A DNA stretch of 64,000 nucleotides. Source: Guillardia theta CCMP2712 (taxonomy: Eukaryota > Protista > Cryptophyta). The stretch is from assembly GCF_000315625.1 (NCBI RefSeq), contig NW_005434502.1:35682-99681 (forward strand), in the 5' to 3' direction. The notes below the pieces were generated by a model. That model was given only the letters and a program-made list of their open reading frames with translations. It searched no databases and was not told where the DNA came from. A program made the translations under genes and the position numbers. Shown in pieces: positions 43,041 to 55,296 of the stretch (positions within the stretch are counted from its first letter, which is position 1; the number at the start of each line of letters is the position of its first letter).

Positions 43041-46000
43041 ATGGCCGATCCTTTGGCCGACATGCAAAGTCGGCAAGAAGAGGACACAGATGTCACCGAT
43101 AACAAGCAGCAAGTGACAGAGTCCATTGAACGGTCACTAAGGGCTATCAGCATGGCGACAGCACGAAAGAATCAGGGCTCGGAGAATGAGACACAACATC
43201 AAGATGAGATCAGAGAAGGAGAGGGTCTTCAAAAGAAGTCGAAGGAAAAGAAACGTCCTGCTGCCCTCCAGATAGAGAAGATAAGCTCTTCAACGCCAGA
43301 GAAGCATAACGACAAGGATGCGTCAAAGAGCGCACTGATGGAAGAAAGTTCGTCGTTGACAGGGGATTGGAGTAGGCGAGAGCAGCAAAGTTTTCAGCCC
43401 TCATCCTTCAATCAGGACGTCATGTCAAGATCGAATATGCTGCGTCGGCGAGTTCGTCGAAGTCCAGAAGTGTTTTCACCAGTTGTAGAAACTGCAAATG
43501 ATGGAATCATCTCTCCAGTCCCACGGGAAGTTCAATCTCAATCTGAAAAGGTTCCTCGACTTGAAAGTAATTACGACATCGATCCTGATGCAGACGATGA
43601 TTATCAAGACGAAGGCTCTCATTATCATCAAGATGAATTTCATAATAGTGCCATGCCGCAGGGATTCTCGAGAAGTGCCTACAATCCTAGAGATCAGGCT
43701 CATGTTGCATACGGGGGTGATTCTGGATGGTCAAGAAATGCTCAGGTAGGTAGGACTTCGTCATATTCTCAACTGACTCCCAAGGGATTTGATTCGAAAC
43801 AAGGTTATGGCATGGGTTCAGGGAATGACATTATTCGTACCCTCTCGGCCCCCATCTACTCTGGTGAGAACCTGTCTCCGCAAACTCTCAGCACACATGC
43901 GATGAAGTTTTCCCAATCGCTGCCTCGAGAACAATACTATGGCTATCAGGAACAGGACCGTATACGACAGTTTCAATTGGAGCGGTACGACTCATTTTCT
44001 TCGTGCGATTCAGGTCTCTTCAGATCTCATCCTTACATGGGAATGGGTGATCCCATGTCGCCAACGTCTCGGCAATTTCACATGGCCAATGAGACTGACG
44101 AATATCATCAGCTCGATATCTTACTTCAAGGTTTGGGCTTTTATTGCGATGAGAGTGAGAAGGACGTTCTTATCAAGGCGTTCATGTGCCCAGTCTGTGA
44201 TACGTCGAATGCTGTTTACACAACCACCACCGACCAGATCAGGGCTGTTCATGACGCGTTCGGTTTGATCGATGCTGACCAAGATGGTGCGATCACCTTA
44301 ACCGACCTGCGTGATATTGCTTCGTGGGCATCGGATGATAGCGGAACAGACTTCATCAATCATCTCCTCGATGAGCTCCCTCACGGTGAAGATGTACCCA
44401 TCACAAAGAAAGAATTCATCCTTGCTTTCGCCAGATGCTTGATTTACAATGATGAGGTTGAGGTGGAGGAAGTGCTAGAAAACGAGCATATGAATACAGA
44501 AGGATAGGAAAATTGTTGGGAATGGAGCGGGTCCAGAGTCAGTTTTCTTGGCCAAAATTTTGGCTATCTTTCTTTTCTGATGCTCTCGCATTCATTTCAT
44601 TTCCATTGTGCAAACTCTCGGATGGGATACGATTGGGAAAGCACCACAGAAATATGTCGCTTTATGATATTCTTTCAGAATCACAGTGGCTGCCAGAGCC
44701 ATATACTTCCTTTGATTCGTTTCAATATTATTTGATGGTGCTCTGGCTTCCATGTATCTTTTCCCTAGTTATTTTCTTTGTTTTCTACTCTCAAATGGAC
44801 AAGATTTCGGTCCTGGAAGTTTTGTCGCCAATTGGCGTGTATATTATGAGAGGAATGTATATCGCCACTATCTCTGGCTACGAACATCCTCGACTTGTGT
44901 TGCGAAGACTGAATCCTGCCTTGTCATCAGAATTGAAGAGGAATGAGTTACAAGCAGTGTTTGCATTCCGAGCACACACTCCGGAAGGACACGCTGTTGA
45001 TCATATTGGTGCTATAACGGATGTAATCTTCATGGACAAGTTCAGGTTGTTCAGCGTTGCAGCATCTGCTCTGGCAGGCATCATCCATGGGCTGACTCCA
45101 ACTTTTCATCGCATCTTCATTCAAACACCTCTGGATGAGTCTCTGGGTATATGCCTCATGCCAGAAGAACTGCCGTTGCTCACTCAGATCTATGTCTGGA
45201 TTTGTGGAGGGAAGGACTGGGTTCACCTTATCGTGTCGGTTCCTGCAGCAATTATTTCAGGATACTTGACATTTCGCCTTGTCTATTTGGCGATGGCTGG
45301 ATACCAAAACGATCTGACGTTTTTCTACAAGCTTACACTTTTCCGCTCTTCCACTCAGGCTGAACCTTTCTTGCGATATCGTGCAAGATGGATTCAAGCG
45401 ATAAACCTTGATAAACACCCAAAGAATTGCCGTCGAGAGTTTTTGCAATTTTTGAATCTGCAAAAGCATGACGATCTTCTTTTGTGGTGCTTCATTCGGC
45501 ATCTTCTGGTTGAATCATATGCCGGGTTCAAGTCGAAGCAAGGAGATATCATTGTGTCATATCTGTTCGTTTCGGTGCTGGCCTACACCTGCTACATTTG
45601 CTTTTATGTTGGGGGGCCAGAGCTTTCTGTCTTTGACCTGCGAGCTCGTTGGGACGTGCTTGTGTTTAGCTCTCTTCTGTTAGCTATTATTAATCTCAAA
45701 TTGAGCATTCACCATCTTCGTCAGAATGACATCGCACTTCTACAAAAGGAAATGTACGCAGCAAGTATGGCTGAGAACGAAAATGAAGGGCAAGACAGAT
45801 ATTTTGATGATGTATCAGAGCAGCCGGATGTCTACGATGCTAACAATATCCCGGGAGGCGAAGGAGCCCTACGAGGAGACCCTTTTCAGCGCATGCAGAG
45901 CATGGGCAGCGAGATGGAATCTGGGTCCTCAACTCCTCGGCTGAGAGGATGGGGGATGACTTCGAGCTGGGCAGAGGGAAGGGACGGGCGTGAAGAAGAA

Positions 46001-46577
46001 ATGCTCAAGGCAGAAAAGCAGGCGCACAACTTGAAAGTGCACCAGACTGGATTCAGACCGCCGCTGGAGGAGCGTGAATACTTCGGTTCCGTTCCAGCTT
46101 CCGCTCGACCAGACCTTGAAGACCCGGTAATTTACTTTTATCTTGGTGTGTAGAGATTCTTGACCAGTGTTTGCCAGAGCATGCCGCAGCGCCTCGCTTC
46201 TCCTCTGCATCCTCGCCAGTTCCCTGGACCGCAGATGTACCGCAGAGGTAAGCGAGCAGTGTGTTCAACAACCCTTCATTGTCGTGGCAGAGCGAACAGA
46301 CCCCAACGGTAGAGCGCCAGGAGTCTTCATGGCGTTCGAGCACATGGGAATGGGAGCAGCTGGCGATTACAACATGTTTTCAACGAGGTGGCCGAACGTA
46401 CCTCCTGTTGATGACGTTGCCAGCAACCTACCGGTAAAGTTATCTCACGCACATGCTGTACTGATGCCGCATAAGGACACGGGGTACAAAAGCAAGCACA
46501 AGAAACTTCAGATGCTGTTGGATCACACAGCGAGGTACATCAGAGAATTCGATCGTCCTCCGAGACTGCTGAGGTGA
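43041..46577 (+). CDS. Large EF-hand-containing multi-pass membrane protein (ORFs 43041-44507, 44513-46153 and 46167-46577; one gene with introns, or two genes)
   Basis: EF-hand loop DADQDGAITLTDL after a disordered N-terminus; several hydrophobic segments in the second ORF. The junction near 44455-44512 is not resolved. Confidence 0.6.
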
Positions 46578-46786
46578 GAACTTGATTTGCCTCCTTGAGC
46601 TCGTAACCTTTGGGACAGTTTCACTGTGTCTGTACATTTTCTGCGGTACATCTTCCTCCCCTTGCTCTCTCCTATCTTCGCGCTCTTCCGCTCCTACGTA
46701 TTTGAAGGATCGAAAAGCAACTAGAAAGAAACAGATTGATGGAAACTGTGGCATGTTCATTAAACGAGACCAACTCTGGATTTCTT

Positions 46787-47520
46787 TTAATCTTCACAGA
46801 AGCCACAATTACACCTGAAACCATACCAGTGCTGCAGATACTCCTGAAAGGTCTTCCCATCATAGGCATCCGGCTCTAAGGAGAAATGAGATGTCTTCCG
46901 AGAAAGTGCAATCATGTCACCTGGACGAAGATAGGAAACAAGCACTTCCTCTCCCTCAGCTATCTCACACTTTGCGCATGTCATGATCTACCGCGTTCTC
47001 AAAGTGCGTCACACTGATTATGCAGTCACCTGCTTCGACGTCCGCATGTACTTCCAGACAGCTGTTGGCTTGCAAGAATGATTCAGCAGGCAAGTAAGAG
47101 GGAACATGCACATGTCGCTATCATCATTGTTCGGCTCCATATCTATACAGTTGGTCCAAAAGATTCCTGCAATGTTCTGATCTGTTCCATAGATGGGAGC
47201 CTGAGTGAAATCAAGGAAGCATCTCTTGCTATTCTCATCTAAAGTCTGGAACGCCTGTAACGGCAACTGTCAACTGCAGCGAGATCGATTGACTCTCCTC
47301 CTCCCAAAAAGAAAGTTCCCACATCGAAGATCTTCTTCGAAGAAACACTGTCAACAGAATTTGCTTGCTCGATTCCCTCCCACGGCAGCGAAGACACAGT
47401 GAAGAATGGTTGTTCTACAAGGATGACATCTCCCGAACTGAACTTCTTCTTTGCAAAGAGCCCCCGACCACCCAGTGCTGAAGGCTTGATCTCGACGTGT
47501 GCATTGAAGATTTCACTCAT
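46787..47520 (-). CDS. SET-domain (SMYD-like) lysine methyltransferase with post-SET Cys cluster (multi-exon)
   Basis: VEIKPSALGGRGLFAKKKFSSGDVILVEQP; IFWTNCI..MFPLTCLLNHSCKP; IAEGEEVLVSYL; YGFRCNCGFC*. Confidence 0.85.
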
Positions 47521-48373
47521 TGAATACAAGAAAACAGAAACCAGGCAAACTCTAGCTTTGAGCAGATGCAATCCTGCGAACATGGAGAAAATCAGTGGAG
47601 ACATGTCAGGGTTCTTATCCGACTTCAATGCTGGAAAAAAAGAGCATCGCTGCAAGCATTGCCATGCATTATTTTTTGTCATGTTCATCTTTTGTCATCC
47701 GTACTCGCCCTCGCCCTCCTCGTCCTCCTCGTCCTCCTCGTCCTCCTCGTCCTCCTCGCCCTCCTCGCCCTCCTCGTCCTCCTCGCCCTCCTCGCCCTCC
47801 TCGCCCTCCCGTCTCCATTCCCATCTCCAATGCGACCATGCGTCGATGGTTTAGTTCGATTGAATTTATTAGGTTGTATTAGTTAGAGTTCACAAGGTTA
47901 CTATGCCTGGCTCCCCTCTAGATGCGTCTCGACATGAGCAAGACAGCACGAGACAGCAAGAGAGGGAGGGAGGGAGCGAGAGAGCGAGAGAGAGAAAGAG
48001 ATAGAGAGAGGGAGGGAGGGAGGGAGGGAGGGAGGGAGGGAGGGAGAGATGGAGATGGAGAGAGGGAGGGAGGGAGCGAGCGAGCGAGGGAGCGAGGGAG
48101 AGGGAGAGGGAGAGGGAGAGAGAGTGAGGAGAGAAGAGAAGAGAAGAGAAGAGATGAGGCTGGGCAGCAGACCTGCGCTGATGGTTAGCTGCTGCTGATA
48201 GTTATTGACGAACAAGTGACGGCATTGCAAGCAGATCTTCAAAGTCAATCATATTCTGCACGAAGAAAGGAAACTGGGATCTAGTCTTTTGCTATTTCGT
48301 GCCCACCTCCACGATCTCTTGTGAAACTTCATTCTTCTCTTTGTAGAGGATCCGCAAACTTGAATGAGCAACT

Positions 48374-48830
48374 ATGCTGCATTTCTCATTTTACATGCTC
48401 TCTACTGTATTGATCGCCTCAGTTCTTCCTTCCATAGCGTGTCAATCTAAGGACATCGCTCAACATCATGTCGCTGAGGCCGTCGGGCTCTCTAAAGCAT
48501 TACAATCTCCTGCGACATGTTCACGTGTAAGTGTGTATCGATGGGTCCGTCTGAAGTTCTGAATGCTTGTAGCTCTGGGGTGGATACATCCCCAAGAAGA
48601 GTCGCAAGAGCAAGAGCAAACGGAAAACCTTGAGATTGAAATACAACATTCAGAAAAAAGTTCGCTCGGTAACTGCAGATTCGAATTTTTTTTTGTGACA
48701 TTTTTGGCTGACTTGAAGCAATAGCATTTGAGAAAGACAAGAAAGCAACAGCGAAAGGTCGAGAAAGAGAAGATTCGGAAACGCAAACTTGGTTTGTTCT
48801 CTTTCATGATTTCATTAGCGTAACGCATTC
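48374..48830 (+). CDS. Possible small secreted protein (multi-exon)
   Basis: Signal-peptide-like start MLHFSFYMLSTVLIASVLPSIAC, then GT-AG introns and acidic exons. The 3' end is approximate. Confidence 0.3.
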
Positions 48831-49015
48831 GAATCAATAGGTTTGATTCCTGATAAGCTTCCAGTGCATTCCAAGGATGACGTGGGATGGATCCTCCGTT
48901 CTCATCAGTTACCAGGAACTTCAAACCCTCGATAAGAAAAGTTTCTTGTATCTATATAATTTCTTTCTCAATGAGCACGACACCTTACAACACCGTGAAA
49001 TATTGAAGCTTCCAG

Positions 49016-52000
49016 TCAATTTGTAGCTTCCTCTGTGTTCTGAGATCGACAGAAAGGACAGCAGCCGTCTTTCAAGTACCTGCATAAGATTCAATCGACG
49101 CTAAGCAACCATCAAGTCATTACAAGATCTCGAAATCTTCTTCAATGAACATCCTTGAACAAGACTGACACACATACACCGGAGTATCTGGCACCATGAC
49201 TCGAAAGTATCTCGTCGGAATCAGATGATATTGACTCTTCAGAATTATGACCTAAACCAACAATGATCAGCGCTTCTCTGTATGCCTGTGCATCAATTTT
49301 CCCTCACATCTTGGTAGTTGAGCTGGGCGAGGATCTCACGACTGCAACTTGGCAATGAACCTGAAGGGGCAGACAGCAGCTGCTGTTGAAACTCGGCTAG
49401 TGAGTCATTGCTAAGCACGCAGTCGTTAGCCGTCAATTTCGATCCAATCACAGAAAAATCACCCGAAATTCATGTCGACGTCGTCATCATCAAATGTCAA
49501 CATATTTCCTGATCCAGTCTGCCTCTCTCTGCCACCGGATCGAGATTTCGAATTCAACCTTATCCCTCCTTGATTGCTCAAAAGACGTTCTGCTTCTTCG
49601 TCTGAGATACCTTTGTCCAATCTAAATTCAACAAGTGGGAGGACATCGAAATTTGCAAAGCTGCGAACTCCTGAAAAGACACTTTCTTGGCTCACGAATC
49701 CATCTTTGTCAGACACTGGCTTGCTTCTAACCTGAGAACAGTGATGTGAGAATTGTGACTGCAATCAAAATCGTACCTTGAGGGATGCAAGATCCACTTT
49801 TCCGCCCCATCCATCTGGTAGATGCAGATTGGAGAGTTGGTCCAAAGCTCTCCTTGCAACCTTAAAGCATTCGAACTTGAGTGCCTGCCAATCACTCAGA
49901 AAAGAAATGAAGTATAGTCTAGAGTACAGTTTCAGCGAGTGCCCACAGAATGTACACTTTGGATACTCCTGGTGGATTGAGGCGGTTTTGTAACAAGGAT
50001 AGCAAGAATCTTGCAGTGTGGAACACAGTCTCAAAGTTCCCACTAAAGAATGGTTCGGTGATGTAATCCGAAATGATCTGGTAGGCATAGAAAATATCTG
50101 CTGTCTCTGAAAATTCCAAGAATTGCTGCAATCCTTGTTCTTCCAATGCATGACCACTACCCGGAGGGTAAAGTTGGTTGGTTTCGATTGCTCGCATCCA
50201 ATAGTAATACCCTGCATTCTTATATGAGTGTGTGGATACTGCCGCTGCCGATAGCGTCTCAAGCATTTCGATGGCCTTCTGCGGACTGCCTGCCATTCTA
50301 AATGCCTCCTGAGCTTCTTCAAATCGATCATTTGCCGACAACCAGGTTGCATATGGCAGATAGACTACCTCCTTCATGTATGGGTACTGTTTCAAAAGTA
50401 AGAATGCCTCGTCCCACTTCTCTGATTCTACATACAATTCCATCAAGGATTTCGTGTCAGACATTTTGATGTACGTCTCCTTGGCGTATAAAGTGTGCCC
50501 AGATGTTCGAAAAGCATCTGCACATTTTGCAAGATTATTCACATCATTTTTGTCCAAGCGACGCACAACATCAATCAATTCATCAACCATGTTGTGTTGA
50601 GACATAATATTAATGGCCCTTCCGTACTCTTCAGAAGTAACGAAAATTGCTGCTGCTGTTTTCCAATCGTTGTTTTCCACGGCCCAAAGTGCTTGCTCTC
50701 GCGTCAAGTCCTTGATGTCAACACCCTGAGCATGGTTTGCAATATTTCGAGCATCTTCCCACAGCTTCAGATCCGAGAACATTTTTATGGCAAGGTCAAC
50801 ACGGCCACTTTTTGCATAAACCTTACCAGCCTCTTGATATTGCCCACGCAATGCAAGAGCTTCGGCAAGAAAGACATTGTCATCATGCCCTGGTAGCTTA
50901 CGAGATGCTTTGATGCGGTTGATCAAATCAATGTACCTCATGTCTCTATTCCGAATGAATGCCTTTTGAGCAACTTCAAGATCCATCACCATGAGCGCTT
51001 CCATGGCCAAAGCTTGCCAATCTGATTCTGTCACACCCATCGTCGCAACCTTGTATGCCTCGGACATCATCTTTTTTTCCAAGTATCGATACATAGCTGC
51101 GCTCTGTGGGACATTCACAGTATTCATCGCAAGATAATGCAGGCAAAAAACTTTGCTGCCTCGCACTCCAACAACAAACCCTCGCATTTTTTCTCGATGT
51201 GGAGGAAAATCGCCAGTTTTGATGCTCAGTTGATCCTTGCCGCTGTAACACAGCTGGGACTCCAAGACGCTATTCCATGCAACACTGTTTGCATTGACAT
51301 CGCGGTACAATTCTTCTTGCGTCTGGACATCATAAACGACAACATTGGCGAGCTCATCAACTAAAGCAAGTTTGCGGCGACTGCACGAAATATCCAGGCA
51401 CCGTATGGACTTGTCGTGGTTGACAATCGAGATAGGAAAAGGATTGTCTATGAAAATTTGCAAGACCTGTCCATTCTTAAGGCCAACTAGAAGCCCTTCT
51501 CTGCGGGGAGGGCCGCCTGCAATCTTGATGTATCGAATTATTGCATCCAAGACCCATTCCCTTTCCTTGACACCCTCGAAATTCAGCAACTGGAGCTTTT
51601 TCTCAAGGCAAAGAATCAGATGGTTTGACGTGACGACCAACAAATTACAATCGAGTGATTTGTTAATGGTACTCCGCTTCACATATTGAAGACCATGATC
51701 ATCGTCACCTTTTCTTTCGTAAACTTGTATTTTATCTGGCAGTTGTATAGCGAGACGATCCTTGTAGATCGCAATTTTCTTGACATGAGCTTGGCATTGT
51801 ATCTTTGCTTTTTGCTCCGTTACAAGATTTTGAACAATCACATTTGTCATGAAATCACGATATGCATATCTGTCTTGATACAATCCATGCACCGTACTAA
51901 AAATTAGTTGATACATCGAAATAGTGCCATCGTTACATGCAACTGCGATGTAATTCTGCTTTGGTCGAGGAGCAATACTCCAAATCCAGTCATCTCTTTC

Positions 52001-52786
52001 ACAGATCATCTGCAGTTGAACTCCATCATGATTGCACAAATGTGTCTTGCAATCAGAACCGCCCACAACCATGTACTCACCGTTTGAGAAATATCGGACA
52101 GAGCAAGGGTCCATGTTCAACTCTTTCTTGCCTATCAATGTCGGTTCACAGTCGCAGTCATGTAAGGTCAACATCTGATCCCAAGTCCCCACTGCTAAAA
52201 TATTCACACCATCTTGCGTGTTGGGTCTAAAATTCACCGACCACACTGGAGCATTTCTTGTGATTTTGAGCTTCTCTTTGCCATCTCTTGTTCGGACAGT
52301 AACATTTCCATCATACTGCCCTATTGCCAGGAGCGTCCCATCATTAGACCATGAGCAACAGAGTCCTCTAGCCTGAATCTTGTGCTTCGACACTGATTTT
52401 TGATCAGGTGACCAAATCCCAAAATCTGTCGCGGTTACACTGGCGAGCTGTAAGCTTACAGGATTGTAACTCAGCGCCTGTATTGTATCATTGTGAGCAA
52501 ATTTAAGAATTCCTTCAGCTGTGTTTTTCCATATGATGACGTTCTTATCAGCTCCTCCGGATGCAAACCTCTTTCCGTCCTTCGAGTATGTGACGCAATA
52601 CACCGTGTCCTTGTGCCCTTTGAGCTTGTGCAACAAGCTGCCATCTGAGGCATCATACACGAGGACTAGCTGTCCTGATGCAACTACAAGCTGAGACCCA
52701 AGAGGATTAAAGCAGAGGTCATAAACAACAGCAGGAGGAGCTTGCCCTTCCGAAGTATTCGCTTGCCATGTCAGAGCTGATCTCAT
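49016..52786 (-). CDS. IFT122: Intraflagellar transport protein 122 (IFT-A complex, WD40 + TPR-like)
   Basis: ORF 49919-52786 contains LKGHKDTVYCVTYSKDGKRFASGGADKNVIIW, FSTVHGLYQDRYAYRD, IRYIKIAGGPPRREGLLVGLKNGQV and GFVVGVRGSKVFCLH. Later exons include SFANFDVLPLVEF and end in GCCPFCR..* (TGA at 49016-49018). Confidence 0.95.
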
Positions 52787-53238
52787 AGTGCGAGAGAAAC
52801 TTTTGTAACAGACTAAGACACTCTATAACGTGTGCGATATCAACTTGTGAACAACTGCCTGCCTGCCATCAGCGATATTCCACGGTTCCTTTCTCATTTC
52901 CCTGGAATATCCACCATCGTTTGCACATCTCCCGCCTTACCACCTACCCTTCTCAAATACCCCCCCCACCACCCTCACCCCCCACTCAATGTCACATTTG
53001 ACTCTGACAAGTGGAGCTCCGTTCAAGTTCTTGACCCCACCCCTACTTCGTGACTGATTTCTTTACTCAAAGTTAAGTTAAAGACTTCAATTCATTCATT
53101 TGATTTCGAACCCCTCATACCGTCTAAACAACCGCCCGGGCGCCGGTTGGTGCCTGGTTGGCCAGTGACTGGGTCTACAAGCCTTCGTCTCTCCGGCGAT
53201 CCACTCTCTCGATCCAGACGAAGGCTCTAGGTTTCAAG

Positions 53239-53259
53239 TTTAGGGTTTAGGGTTTAGGG
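53239..53259 (+). repeat. Interstitial telomeric tract (TTTAGGG)3; start of the subtelomeric array
   Basis: Directly visible; G-rich strand on +. Confidence 0.85.
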
Positions 53260-53398
53260 GTTCAAGCTCAACCCTCAGCGCAGTGAGGAGGAGAGGAGCC
53301 CGAGCAGCGAGGAGCAAACGATGCTCTTGGAGACATCAGAGGAGGAGCTGCTAGCTGGCAAGCCGATCTCGGAGGCTCCCTGGAGCTAGACGAGAGTC
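53257..53398 (+). mobile_element. Rearranged internal fragment of telomeric element subfamily A
   Basis: Matches ~58110-58170 joined to ~58300-58371, with ~130 bp deleted. Confidence 0.85.
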
Positions 53399-53621
53399 TT
53401 ACTAAGGCCGGCCTGCTCTTACTAAGGCCGGCCTGCTAGCGTAAGATCAACCGCTCGAGGAACTTCGGAAGGAGAGCTACGATTCCCAGTCCTTCAAATA
53501 CACCCTTGTCGACCCTGTCGGATTCTGCTTGCCTTGCCCCGCAGACCGTGACCGGCAGTGCTTCATGCCCCGTCTCTCCACTCCAGCCACCTCCTCCGCC
53601 ACAAGCAATGCACACAGCGCA

Positions 53622-53640
53622 TTAGGGTTTAGGGTTTAGG
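53622..53640 (+). repeat. Interstitial telomeric tract
   Basis: TTAGGG TTTAGGG TTTAGG. Confidence 0.9.
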
Positions 53641-53785
53641 AGCCGGCCCTTAGTAAGAGCAGCCGGCCCTTAGTAAGAGCAAGCCGGCCCTTAGTAAGAG
53701 CAGCCGGCCCTTAGTAAGAGCAGCCGGCCCTTAGTAAGAGCAGCCGGCCCTTAGTAAGAGCAGCCGGCCCTTAGTAAGAGCAGCC
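53641..53785 (+). repeat. 20-bp tandem array AGCCGGCCCTTAGTAAGAGC (~7 units)
   Basis: Directly visible; starts immediately after TTTAGG. Confidence 0.95.
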
Positions 53786-53913
53786 CCCAGTCCTTCAAAT
53801 ACACCCTTGTCGACCCTGTCGGATTCTGCTTGCCTTGCCCCGCAGACCGTGACCGGCAGTGCTTCATGCCCCGTCTCTCCACTCCAGCCACCTCCTCCGC
53901 CACAAGCAATGCA

Positions 53914-53932
53914 TTAGGGTTTAGGGTTTAGG
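53914..53932 (+). repeat. Interstitial telomeric tract
   Basis: TTAGGG TTTAGGG TTTAGG. Confidence 0.9.
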
Positions 53933-54426
53933 AGCCGGCCCTTAGTAAGAGCAGCCGGCCCTTAGTAAGAGCAGCCGGCCCTTAGTAAGAGCAGCCGGCC
54001 CTTAGTAAGAGCAGCCGGCCCTTAGTAAGAGCAGCCGGCCCTTAGTAAGAGCAGCCGGCCCTTAGTAAGAGCAGCCGGCCCTTAGTAAGAGCAGCCGGTG
54101 ATGGAACGTATGCCAGCCGTGCCAGTCAGATAGCGCCGAGTTAACAAAAACTCTCCTGTAAACCAAGACGACTTACGTGGCAAGGCGGCCGATGTAGCGT
54201 ATGAGACGAAGAGGGGGCTTTCCTAGCCGTCTTGCTAAGGTCCTCTCATGTCTGGATACTTGGGTTTCACATCCTAGCATACAGTCTATCTCTCATGTGC
54301 TCCTCAATTCTGGTTTTGTGTGCATTAAACTCGGTCTTGAGCAAAAACTGTCTTGTTACAACTAAGGTCGATGTGATATCTGCGTGACTTTGGACTAGTA
54401 CAAGTCTAACAAACTTGTATTCCGTC

Positions 54427-54437
54427 GGTTATGAGCC
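54427..54437 (+). promoter_or_regulatory. Primer-binding site GGTTATGAGCC, complementary to the anticodon arm of initiator tRNA-Met (half-tRNA priming)
   Basis: Directly follows the 5' LTR; same PBS type as yeast Ty5 and Drosophila copia. Confidence 0.85.
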
Positions 54438-55288
54438 TCGATTACATGCTCAATCATGTTGATCTTATATTTGGTTAGTTGAATTGTTTACTGGAGCTTT
54501 TTCTTTCTTGGTATCGTTCGTTACTGTCGAAAATTCATGCAATTCAAGCCTTACAAATTCGGATGACTCCTCTCTTCAATCAGGCTCTCTCTCTAGCCGC
54601 AAGTTGTTTAGGCCTCTCATCTCAGCCTCAATTTGTTTGATTGATCTTCGAATTGGAAAAACAAGCCTTTCCCCAGCCAGATTGGTCGGTCGAATATCTG
54701 CTTAACCGTGTGGAAACGCACTTGAAGCTGATTCGATTTTAATCTTCTTGATCTTTGAGTAGGATCAAATGGAACTACCAGGAGATCTGGCGGAAGTTTC
54801 ATGTCATGGAGCTAGGCTGTGGCATGCATAACTGGAGCTACTTCTGGATCGGCGAACAAGGTACAACTGCTCAACAATCTTCGAATGCCTTGAAACGGAT
54901 GTTCCATCTCGCGGCAGCAATCTCTGGTCACAAGTTCTTTACGGTTCAAAATTTATCTTTTGGTCTTCAAATGCCGGCGGGCACGCTCTCTCTCTCTCTC
55001 TCTCTCTCTCTTATCTGAACTCCGAAGTTCTCTCCTCAGACTCTCTTATCTTATCCTCCTTCTCTCGTCATTGCATCAGCTCGCCAGGCATCTCCCTTAT
55101 CTCTGCACTGCACATCTAATAGACCTGCATGAAAATCTTCTTCAGAATGGACAATCCTTGAATGGTTATTGCCCACTCAGCATGACTGTGAACTTGACGT
55201 TGTATCATCGTATCTTGACTTGGATCTGCTGACATTCTTGTTTGTGTGACTTTCTGACGTCCGATGTAACGTACTATTTCAGAAACTC

Positions 55289-55296
55289 GGGGGGAG
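55289..55296 (+). promoter_or_regulatory. Polypurine tract GGGGGGAG
   Basis: Directly precedes the 3' LTR. Confidence 0.8.

Noticed and set aside
53440-53520. Minus-strand peptide FEGLGIVALLPKFLERLILR resembling LINE RT motif 2, and weak resemblance to LSU rRNA
   Set aside because: It lacks the RP residues and flanking RT motifs, the plus frame reads equally protein-like, and the rRNA match is short and gapped. Not supportable without a search.
54484-55232. Short ORFs inside the LTR element as gag/pol
   Set aside because: All are 90 aa or shorter, with no zinc knuckle, protease, integrase or RT motifs.
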